A stretch of DNA of 64,000 nt, taken from NCBI GenBank assembly GCA_033977065.1, contig JAXCHI010000004.1:320001-384000 (forward strand), given 5' to 3'. Origin of the DNA: Candidatus Algichlamydia australiensis. Lineage in GTDB: Bacteria; Chlamydiota; Chlamydiia; Chlamydiales; JAJFMI01. The notes beneath the pieces are model-generated. The model was not told where the DNA came from. It did not search any database and saw only the letters and a program-made list of their open reading frames with translations. This document shows positions 20,254-28,333 of this stretch, piece by piece. Numbering within the stretch: position 1 is the stretch's first letter; the number at the start of each line of letters is the position of its first letter. The translations under genes and the position numbers were made by a program.

Positions 20254-20955
20254 ATGAAAAAGAAGATTACTGTAGCGGTACTTTCAGTACCATTTCTATT
20301 TGTCCCTCTTGCTGCGGATTCCGTACCAAGTGAAAAAAGCATGGTAGAAAACTTTTGGGAGCTTATTGGTCTTCAAACAGAGAGTTCTAAAAAGGAAGTT
20401 GGGTTGCTCATTCAAGAAATTGCTGAGCTGAGACAAAAAAATGAGAAGTTGCGCATGCGTGATGAATGGTTGCGTAATCGATTAAAAGGATTTGAAGAGG
20501 GGTCTTGTGAAGCGCTTAAAGAAAATAGGTCTCTAAAGACCCGATGTGGAGAATTAGAAATGATAAATGCAGACCTTATAAATCAATTACATAAGCAGGA
20601 TCTTGAACTTAACAAATTGAATTTTATCGGTTGCGAGATAGGATCTTCTTCTGTGGAAGATATGACAGATGAAGAGCTTGAGAGGGAGTGTAAAGAGCTT
20701 AGCAAGAGAAGAAGGGCGCTTATCGGAAAGCACAAGGAGATCTGGATAAGGCATAGGGATATCTCTAATGAGTTATTTTTAAGAGAGTGTGAAGATATGG
20801 ATTTGCAAGAGGAGCGCGAAGGAATGAAAGAGCAAATCAAGAAGCTAGAAAAGAAAATTGCAAAGAACAAAGCAGTTTATGATACGCAAGAGGCCTTGTT
20901 TAAAGGCGAGATAGAGAGTCTTCAATCAAAGCTTCAGGAGGAAGAGACGCAGTAA
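20254..20955 (+). CDS. Secreted coiled-coil protein
   Basis: GGAGG RBS, signal peptide MKKKITVAVL...LAA, and an E/K/L-rich heptad pattern. Confidence 0.75.
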   Translation: MKKKITVAVLSVPFLFVPLAADSVPSEKSMVENFWELIGLQTESSKKEVGLLIQEIAELRQKNEKLRMRDEWLRNRLKGFEEGSCEALKENRSLKTRCGELEMINADLINQLHKQDLELNKLNFIGCEIGSSSVEDMTDEELERECKELSKRRRALIGKHKEIWIRHRDISNELFLRECEDMDLQEEREGMKEQIKKLEKKIAKNKAVYDTQEALFKGEIESLQSKLQEEETQ

Positions 20956-20957
20956 AC

Positions 20958-22037
20958 TTATCTCACAAATTGAAAACTTGAGTTTTCTAAACATATTTTA
21001 GTTAATGCGCTTAACTGGTTTTCGAATGTATACGATTTCACTGTATTACGGATCTTTTTGGCGCGCTCTTCTGTTTTAGGACGGGTAAGAGCTTTCTGTA
21101 GGGCTGCGAGAAGAGAGTCTTGTGAAGTGAGGTCCTCAATAATAATCCCTGTTTCTGGAGTGAGGACTTCATGACCACCATTGGTTTTTGACGTTACGAC
21201 AGTAAGGCCCATAGCGAGGGCTTCGACGGTGGTATTGGCGAAGGGGTCGTAGAGTGTGGGAAGAACGAGGCAGTCAGCTTTTTGGTAGAAGGTTTGGATG
21301 TCAACACGTTTTCCAAAAAATTGGACTTGGTTTTGAATTTTTAACTTTTCTGCGAGTTGTAGGTAGTGAGTGAGGTTGCGATCATAGCCAACAACTGAGA
21401 GTTGCCAATCTTTTTGGGAGAGGTGGGCAAGTGCGAGCAGAAGCAGGTCAAGACCTTTGCGTTTAAAGCCAGAACCCACAAAGAGAAAATGAAACTTTTC
21501 ATTGGATTTATAGGAGGGAGTCAGCTCGTTCCACTCAACTCCGTTGTAGATTACACTGATTTTTTCCTCAGGAATACTGTAGTGCTGCAAAATCTCTTGT
21601 TTGACCATTTGTGAGTTTGTAATGAGTCTTTTCAAGCGGGGATTTTCAAACGATTTTTTCTCAAGATCTAGTAGTAGACGATGGAGAGGGTTAAGAGGAA
21701 AGGTAAGGGTTTTGTAGAGGGGCTCAAAGCGTTTACGATGATTCAAATAGGCGGCATGGCAGCCGTTGCCTGCACGAATATGGGTTGCCATGCGAATGCG
21801 GTCCATTGTGAAGATGCAGTTGTAGCTGCTTCGGGCAAGATGGTCACTGCAGGCGCGGTCAAAATTTTTGATATTTTGGAATGAGAGAGGTTTTCTTTTA
21901 AGGTGCAGACTATCTGCTGTAATGAGGGTAACACGGCAGCCTGCGTCTTCAAAAGCTCTCTTGATTCGCCGCGCTTGCTTTTCTAATCCTCCTGCAAAAC
22001 CAAAAGAGGTTTTAATCAGTGCAACAGAGGTCTTCAT
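20958..22037 (-). CDS. Glycosyltransferase family 4 (WaaG/RfaG-like)
   Basis: GGLE, FVGSGFKRKG and YDPFANTTVEALAMG motifs. Confidence 0.9.
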   Translation of the reverse strand: MKTSVALIKTSFGFAGGLEKQARRIKRAFEDAGCRVTLITADSLHLKRKPLSFQNIKNFDRACSDHLARSSYNCIFTMDRIRMATHIRAGNGCHAAYLNHRKRFEPLYKTLTFPLNPLHRLLLDLEKKSFENPRLKRLITNSQMVKQEILQHYSIPEEKISVIYNGVEWNELTPSYKSNEKFHFLFVGSGFKRKGLDLLLLALAHLSQKDWQLSVVGYDRNLTHYLQLAEKLKIQNQVQFFGKRVDIQTFYQKADCLVLPTLYDPFANTTVEALAMGLTVVTSKTNGGHEVLTPETGIIIEDLTSQDSLLAALQKALTRPKTEERAKKIRNTVKSYTFENQLSALTKICLENSSFQFVR

Positions 22038-23271
22038 GAGCTTCGTTAATCGTAATCATTTTTTCGTGTTGGTAGATGTCGAGTTCAAATTTTGAGCTGT
22101 CAGCTCGGTAGAGCTGGAAGCGGTTCATGTAGCTGCGAAAGCGATTGCGTAGATACTCCTCGCGCATTTTAGGGTTAGCAAAGCCACCCTTGTCCTGCAT
22201 GCTATTTCCCATGGCCAGCGTAATGTAGCGGTTTTCTAGTTCACGCGGGTTGATGAATTGTACACTCCAATCAAAGCTATTGTGGTGGCCGGGACCAACA
22301 ATCACGGTAATTTCAAGGTGGTTTTGTACAGTTTGTAAAAAGAGTTCGCTAACCCCTTTTGTATACAAATCTTCTTTGATCAGTTTTACCCCATTGACCT
22401 CTTTCACAAGTGGAGATGTTGCAAGTTGTAATTTCCCTTTTTTCAAGGTACGTGCAGAGCGCAGGGGGTAATAGAGATTGATCTGAATAGGTGCTTTTAC
22501 AGGAAGGAGTTCGGTGCGTATGAAGTCGATGTGTAGAGCTTCATTTTTTTTGTCAGCAATATCAATAGGGGCAGCTGAGACATCAGGAAGGTAGATCTGT
22601 TTCCAGTGTTGAGGTATGTCAAAGGAGATAACGTCAGTCTGGCCATTATGTTCGCTCACTTTTAGCTCATCGAGCTCACCATGAGTGATATCCCCTAAGT
22701 TAAAGGTAAGCTTTACACCGCGCGATTTGTAGCGTGAAATGATATCTTCAGGTCCGCGCAACATAACATGGGCGCGATAGGGCCAAACATCAACAAATTG
22801 GTATCCTTTCGGAGAATCTCCCTTTGGCTCTGTAATGACTACCGGAATTTTTTCACGGATAAGCCTCTTTGGTTTCAGGGCAAGTGTAACGGGGTTTACG
22901 CGCTTGATTCCTGTGAGGTTGGAGTTGGGATCAGTTGCTACAACATTTTTTTTATTGATTTTTTCAATCCACTCAGAAGTATGGCCATGCCCATCAATAA
23001 GAATTTCTAGATCTTGCTCGCTGATTTTGTCTAAAAGTATCCTGTTACCAGTGATATTTAGATCTAATCGACGAGAGAGTACACCTCCAGTATTCATTCC
23101 TTCGACTGTGATACCTTCAGGCAAGTTGACAATGCGAACACCAACATTGTGAAGCATTTTTGTTTTCGTTAGCGATTGGTTTACCACGAACCAAACAATA
23201 ACTGCGAGAATAAGGGAGAGGATCTTTCTCTGCCAATTAGCGATAAAAATCTTATTACACAACTCTTTCAT
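22012..23271 (-). CDS. cdaR: YbbR/CdaR-type regulator of diadenylate cyclase
   Basis: N-terminal TM (KILSLILAVIVWFVV); overlaps the cdaA stop codon. Confidence 0.85.
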   Translation of the reverse strand: MKELCNKIFIANWQRKILSLILAVIVWFVVNQSLTKTKMLHNVGVRIVNLPEGITVEGMNTGGVLSRRLDLNITGNRILLDKISEQDLEILIDGHGHTSEWIEKINKKNVVATDPNSNLTGIKRVNPVTLALKPKRLIREKIPVVITEPKGDSPKGYQFVDVWPYRAHVMLRGPEDIISRYKSRGVKLTFNLGDITHGELDELKVSEHNGQTDVISFDIPQHWKQIYLPDVSAAPIDIADKKNEALHIDFIRTELLPVKAPIQINLYYPLRSARTLKKGKLQLATSPLVKEVNGVKLIKEDLYTKGVSELFLQTVQNHLEITVIVGPGHHNSFDWSVQFINPRELENRYITLAMGNSMQDKGGFANPKMREEYLRNRFRSYMNRFQLYRADSSKFELDIYQHEKMITINEAHEDLCCTD

Positions 23272-24065
23272 CTGTTGAGGAGTGCCTTGAGTTTAAAAGT
23301 TGCTTTTGTTTTTGGTTTGACCGGAGGATTGAATACGCTTCGTATAATTCCGCTAAAACGATCAATTTTTACACCGCGGGTCATAATGCCGTCACGCGCA
23401 ATGGAGACTTTTCCTGTCTCTTCAGAGATTACGATAACAAGAGCATCACTAATTTGGCTAATACCAAGACCTGCTCTATGACGCGTTCCCATCAAACGCG
23501 AGAGGTGTCCAATATCTTCTGCAAGTGGGAGGATTACAGCGGCAGCAACAATAGAGAGATCGCGTACGATGATCGCTCCATCATGTAAGGGGGTTGTCGT
23601 TTTGAAGATGGATTCAACTAATTCTGATGAGAAGGTCGCATTGAGCATCACGGCTTTTTGTGCGTATTCATCTAAAGTATCTTCATTTTCAATAACAATA
23701 ATCGCACCAATGCGTTTGTCTGCCATGCGATAGGTTGAAGTAGCAAGCTGGTCTAAAAAACGGTCAAACTCTGTGATCTCTTTGTAACGTTTCCCTTTGA
23801 GACTTAAGCGAGATAGCGCAACGCGCAGTTCGGGCTGAAAAATAATGAGTATGGCGATAACGGCAACACTAGAGACGTTGATCATGAGTTGATGAAGAAC
23901 AGGGAAATTCAATAGAGAAGAGAAAGCATAGACACTTAAGAACGCAAAAAGACCGAGAATAAGGTCCATCGATCTTGTATTCCAAAAGAAAGAGAGGATG
24001 TAGTTGATCATGACTGCAATGATCAGGATTTCGATGAATGGAGTAATGTGGGTGTAGAAATACAT
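23268..24065 (-). CDS. cdaA: Diadenylate cyclase
   Basis: Three TM helices plus PLHDGA and GTRHRA motifs. Confidence 0.96.
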   Translation of the reverse strand: MYFYTHITPFIEILIIAVMINYILSFFWNTRSMDLILGLFAFLSVYAFSSLLNFPVLHQLMINVSSVAVIAILIIFQPELRVALSRLSLKGKRYKEITEFDRFLDQLATSTYRMADKRIGAIIVIENEDTLDEYAQKAVMLNATFSSELVESIFKTTTPLHDGAIIVRDLSIVAAAVILPLAEDIGHLSRLMGTRHRAGLGISQISDALVIVISEETGKVSIARDGIMTRGVKIDRFSGIIRSVFNPPVKPKTKATFKLKALLNR

Positions 24066-24141
24066 CTTAATTCGATCTTACATGAAGCTGTAAAAAAAAA
24101 CATCATTTGTGCATGATGGAAAAAAAATTTTGGTACTACTA

Positions 24142-25509
24142 ATGGACGTTGTAATTCTAGCTCGAATTCAATTTGCGATGACGATCGCATTTCACTATCT
24201 TTTCCCCCCATTAAGCATTGGCCTCTCATTAATGCTTGTCATCATGGAAGGGCTCTATCTCAAAACAAAGAATCCTCTTTATAAACGGATGACCCAATTC
24301 TGGATGCGCATCTTTGCTATCTCTTTTGCGCTCGGAGTTGCGACAGGAATTGTCATGAGTTTTTCTTTTGGAACAAACTGGGCTCGCTATTCGCGTTTTG
24401 TTGGAGATGTCTTTGGAAGCGCCTTGGCAGCAGAGGGAGTTTTCGCCTTTTTTTTAGAGGCTGGATTTATTGGTCTAATGCTTTTTGGTTGGAACCGTGT
24501 GAAGCCAGGAGTGCACTACTTTTCGACAATTATGGTCAGTCTGGGGGCACATTTTAGCGCCGTTTGGATCGTGATTGCTAACTCTTGGATGCAAACACCC
24601 GCTGGATTCAAAATTGTGGGTGAAGGACTCGATGCAAAAGCGATCATCACAGACTTTTGGGCGATGGTCTTCAACCCCTCTTCTATGGAGCGGCTCTTCC
24701 ACGTAATTATGGGTTGTTGGCTTACAGGAAGTTTTATTATTGTCTCTGTCGCTGCTTACTATATTATCAAAAGGCGCCATCTTGACTTTTCTCGGGCTAC
24801 AATGAAAATTGGGTTAATTACAGGGATGGCCGGACTTTTGTTACAGCTCTATTCTGGAGATCAGACGGCTCGCGGTGTAGCAAAGAACCAGCCAGAGAAG
24901 CTCGCAACTCTTGAAGGTGTTTTTAAAACAGAAGAGTACACCCCATTTAATCTGATAGGGTGGGTCGATATGACGAAGAAGAAAGTTTATGGAATTAGTG
25001 TTCCTGGTGGCTTAAGCTTCCTTGTCTACCATAAATTTAAGCCAGCTGTTCCAGGACTTGATAATTTCCCAGAAAAGGATTGGCCTAATGTACCGGTGGT
25101 ATTTCAAACTTATCATATTATGATCATGATGTGGGGAGCGATGTTTTTACTCGCAATGCTTGGCATCATTTATTGGAGAAGAGGGACCCTTTGGAATTCT
25201 AAGTGGACGTTGCGCGCTATGGTACTCTCTATTGGTGCCCCTTATATCGCCAATCAGGCGGGTTGGTTTACAGCAGAGATGGGTCGCCAACCATGGATTG
25301 TTTACCACCTACTCCGTACAGCTGAAGGAGTTTCAAAATCTGTTGCTAGCAATCAAATTTTGGGATCGATCCTTATGTTTATTGTGATCTATTCGTTTCT
25401 TTTTGCCCTTTTTATCTACCTCATGGACCACAAAATTAAAAAAGGTCCTGATGAAGAGGGAGCTGATGAAAAATTGTATTCTGATCCGATTCTAGAAGGA
25501 GGAAACTGA
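24142..25509 (+). CDS. cydA: Cytochrome bd oxidase subunit I
   Basis: ARIQFA..FHYLF, ANSWMQTP and EMGRQPW motifs. Confidence 0.97.
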   Translation: MDVVILARIQFAMTIAFHYLFPPLSIGLSLMLVIMEGLYLKTKNPLYKRMTQFWMRIFAISFALGVATGIVMSFSFGTNWARYSRFVGDVFGSALAAEGVFAFFLEAGFIGLMLFGWNRVKPGVHYFSTIMVSLGAHFSAVWIVIANSWMQTPAGFKIVGEGLDAKAIITDFWAMVFNPSSMERLFHVIMGCWLTGSFIIVSVAAYYIIKRRHLDFSRATMKIGLITGMAGLLLQLYSGDQTARGVAKNQPEKLATLEGVFKTEEYTPFNLIGWVDMTKKKVYGISVPGGLSFLVYHKFKPAVPGLDNFPEKDWPNVPVVFQTYHIMIMMWGAMFLLAMLGIIYWRRGTLWNSKWTLRAMVLSIGAPYIANQAGWFTAEMGRQPWIVYHLLRTAEGVSKSVASNQILGSILMFIVIYSFLFALFIYLMDHKIKKGPDEEGADEKLYSDPILEGGN

Positions 25510-26537
25510 TGAGCTTAGAACTCTTACAAAATCTTTGGTATTTAGTGCTCTGTGGAGCTGTGGTGTTGTACACAATTTTGGACGGTTTTGATATGGGAGT
25601 AGGTGCTCTCTATCTCTTTCCAAAGGCTGATCGAGATCGCCGAATTTTTTTGAATGCGATTGGCCCTGTTTGGGATGGCAATGAAGTCTGGCTTGTCATT
25701 GTAGGGGGAGGTCTCTTCGCTGGATTCCCCGCAGTCTACGCTTCAGTCTTTTCTGGCTTCTACAACCTTCTTATGCTCTTTCTAGCGGGTATTATTTTTC
25801 GCGCAGTGGCGATTGAGTTTCGATCTAAACACATCTCTAAACGTTGGCGTAGCATGTGGGACTACTTCTTTAGTTTTTCGAGCATCGTTATCGCTTTTGG
25901 ACTAGGAGTTGTTCTCGGAAATCTGATTCTTGGAGTGCCTCTCGATAGTAATGGGGACTTTATTCAGGAATTTGGATACATTGTGCGCCCATACGCAATC
26001 TTAGTGGGTGTTTTCTCAGTTGCTCTCTTTACCATGCATGGTGGCATCTACCTTTTAATGAAAACAGAAGATGAACTGCACGAGCGCCTGCGCTCATGGA
26101 TGCGTTACATTATTCCCGTGTTTTTTATTTTGTACCTTGCTGTCTCTTTCATGACCTGGATTGAAGTGCCTTCGATGGTACAACCGATGTTTGACCATCC
26201 CTACCTTTTTGCTGTACCTACTTTGACACTACTTCTTTTTGCTAACGTTTGCCGACAAGTGTACAAGCGCAATGATGGCTGGGCCTTTCTCTCCTCATCT
26301 GGAGCGATTGCGACCTTTTTTGCTCTTTATGGGATTGGAAATTATCCTGTCATCATTCGCTCAACTGTCGACCCAGTAAACAATAGTTTGACAGTTTTTA
26401 ACGCCTCTTCATCAATCGAGACGTTAAAAGTGATTATGATTGTGGTGCTCATTGGCTTGCCTCTTGTCTTTGCTTACGGCATTTGGGTGTACAAGATTTT
26501 TAGAGGGAAGGTTAAGCTTGACGCCAACAGCTATTAG
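25509..26537 (+). CDS. cydB: Cytochrome bd oxidase subunit II
   Basis: LDGFDMG and GPVWDGNEVW motifs. Confidence 0.97.
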   Translation: MSLELLQNLWYLVLCGAVVLYTILDGFDMGVGALYLFPKADRDRRIFLNAIGPVWDGNEVWLVIVGGGLFAGFPAVYASVFSGFYNLLMLFLAGIIFRAVAIEFRSKHISKRWRSMWDYFFSFSSIVIAFGLGVVLGNLILGVPLDSNGDFIQEFGYIVRPYAILVGVFSVALFTMHGGIYLLMKTEDELHERLRSWMRYIIPVFFILYLAVSFMTWIEVPSMVQPMFDHPYLFAVPTLTLLLFANVCRQVYKRNDGWAFLSSSGAIATFFALYGIGNYPVIIRSTVDPVNNSLTVFNASSSIETLKVIMIVVLIGLPLVFAYGIWVYKIFRGKVKLDANSY

Positions 26538-26560
26538 AAAAAAGTTATTTGGACTCACCT

Positions 26561-26660
26561 TGACATGCCAAATAGCGTTTCAGAGGAAGGCCGTGCAGAG
26601 CACTGCTCCTTCCTCTTGCACCGCAATTTTTCTAGTAGTCAATCTGAGCCCACTAGTCGC
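26561..26660 (-). repeat. MITE family B internal fragment
   Basis: Diverged reverse complement of about 19985..20083. Confidence 0.75.
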
Positions 26661-26696
26661 TTTACGTAGAGAGGATTTTTTTGAAAATTATAGGGA

Positions 26697-27140
26697 CTAT
26701 TTCGTTGGATCGTGAACTGTAAGCAGTTTACCTTTTCCATATTCGAGTATTTTATTGTCACATGTTACTAAGGCTGCGTTTTGTTCTTGGGCTGAAGCCA
26801 TAAGTATTCTATCAACAGGATCACCGTGAACTTCTCCGGCTAGGCGCGTGCTTTGTATGGCAATTTTTGGAGTTAGCTCACAAATGTTAATTCCAGCTGA
26901 ATCTAACGCCTGGTCAACCCATTCCATAGGGTCCATATCTAAGCTGAGTCTTTTTTTCTCGACGAGCATGCCTATCTCCCAGACAGACATAGGAGAAACA
27001 AGTACTCTTTGCTCTAATAAAGCAACTTTTAAGCTATCCCGAAAATGTTTTTTAAGCATGGAGTGTCCTGTCATTGTCCAAATTAAAATGTGGGTATCCA
27101 AAATAATTTTATTTTTTTTGATTTCTTTAATTACTGGCAT
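26697..27140 (-). CDS. vapC: PIN-domain VapC toxin
   Basis: ILDTH, SVWEI, HGDPVDR and LVTCD motifs. The probable start MPVIKE overlaps the antitoxin. Confidence 0.92.
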   Translation of the reverse strand: MPVIKEIKKNKIILDTHILIWTMTGHSMLKKHFRDSLKVALLEQRVLVSPMSVWEIGMLVEKKRLSLDMDPMEWVDQALDSAGINICELTPKIAIQSTRLAGEVHGDPVDRILMASAQEQNAALVTCDNKILEYGKGKLLTVHDPTK

Positions 27141-27357
27141 CCCACACCTCATCAATTGGATTAATGATATCGCCATGATAATGGACCGTTCCCTTCAGTT
27201 TGCCAAATATTTCTTCTTCTTTTTCGTCGATTGGCCCGATTTGAGCTATCGGCACGTTTCGTTTTGTAATCACAATTTTTCTACGAGTGCGGCTAACTCT
27301 ATCCATCACCTTTAAGCATTCTGCTTTAAATTTGCCTGCTGGCATTTTTTCTGACAT
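27127..27357 (-). CDS. Phd/YefM family antitoxin
   Basis: AGKFKAECLKVMDRV...IVITKRNVP; lies upstream of the PIN toxin. Confidence 0.92.
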   Translation of the reverse strand: MSEKMPAGKFKAECLKVMDRVSRTRRKIVITKRNVPIAQIGPIDEKEEEIFGKLKGTVHYHGDIINPIDEVWDASN

Positions 27358-27376
27358 AATATAAACCTTTTTTAAA

Positions 27377-27403
27377 GACTATGGTCATAATACCATGGTC
27401 ATG
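27377..27403. promoter_or_regulatory. Putative TA operator (two near-palindromes)
   Basis: GACTATGGTC and TACCATGGTC lie just upstream of the antitoxin gene. Confidence 0.55.
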
Positions 27404-27456
27404 AATAAAAAATCAAATTTTTAAAACTCACTAATTATCAAAACCTTAAATGTTAA

Positions 27457-27618
27457 GGAAGGTTTGAATAACTGCTGTACTGATAGCATGAGGCGAAAAT
27501 TCTAAAAAAAAGTTATTTGGAGACCGTAAATGACTGGATATAGTTATTAGAGGTTGAAAATAATCTTTTCTAGGATTTTTCGGCCGTAAGATCTACGGAT
27601 GAGTTGTTTAGACCTTTC
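27457..27618 (+). mobile_element. MITE family C (IS5-like ends)
   Basis: TIRs GGAAGGTTTGAATAACT / AGTTGTTTAGACCTTTC and 4-bp TSD TTAA. Homologous to the reverse complement of 53161..53321. Confidence 0.88.
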
Positions 27619-27672
27619 TTAAAGTGGAAATTGTTGTAGAAAAACTGTTTTGTTTAAAAGAGGTTATTCAAT

Positions 27673-27724
27673 ACTCAAGTTGCTACCCAACTTATCCAGA
27701 AGGGGAAGGGGTAGTAACTTAAGT
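27673..27724. mobile_element. MITE family A, 52-bp short form
   Basis: ACTCAAGTTGCTACCC...GGGTAGTAACTTAAGT; similar to 14611..14663. Confidence 0.8.
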
Positions 27725-27743
27725 TGGGTAATGATTTCATAAT

Positions 27744-27977
27744 TTAAAAAAAGTGCAAAGCTCCATAGAAAATACGGGCAGCTAAAAGAACAAAAAACAC
27801 ACTTACAACCCTTCGCACAGAAAAGAAGGGTGAGAGTTTTTTAAAATCAAAAAGCTGGATGCTTAAACACAAAAAAATGGACGATAGCAACAGCCTAAAA
27901 AAGAGCACAAGGACCATACCCGGAATACTTACTAGAAAACCTCCAAACAATTTCTTTTCCTCTTCAACCTTTTGCAA
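27744..27977 (-). CDS. Small hydrophobic membrane protein
   Basis: 77 aa with 2-3 TM segments; overlaps the stop of the upstream peptide gene. Confidence 0.5.
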   Translation of the reverse strand: MQKVEEEKKLFGGFLVSIPGMVLVLFFRLLLSSIFLCLSIQLFDFKKLSPFFSVRRVVSVFFVLLAARIFYGALHFF

Positions 27978-28218
27978 AAATAGCGCACAATGTTTGACAA
28001 ACTAGCACGGCAAGGGGAGATACATCTGGGTTTTCATTGCACTTATTCATGCAGTCAACAAAAGTCACAGCTTCTGCTCCGTTAATCATAGAAGTCGCAG
28101 CAATTGTGATAGCTGGAACAGCATAAGTTCCTACGTTTTTAATTACTTGATCTTTTGAAACAGCCGGAACGTAACTTCCTGCTCTTTGCACATAACCTGA
28201 TAGGGCGTCAAAACTCAT
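27964..28218 (-). CDS. Small protein with hydrophobic leader and twin CX3C motif
   Basis: AGGAGG RBS before MSFDAL; AEA site followed by CMNKC-x13-CQTLC. Confidence 0.75.
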   Translation of the reverse strand: MSFDALSGYVQRAGSYVPAVSKDQVIKNVGTYAVPAITIAATSMINGAEAVTFVDCMNKCNENPDVSPLAVLVCQTLCAIFAKG

Positions 28219-28333
28219 TTCGAACCTCCTGTTTTTTCCTTTTAAACGAAAATGTACAAAAAATACCACAAACAGTCAAGTGATTTTAATTGAATCTTGA
28301 TCTGCAGTCATAAAAATACATTCACGATCATGT

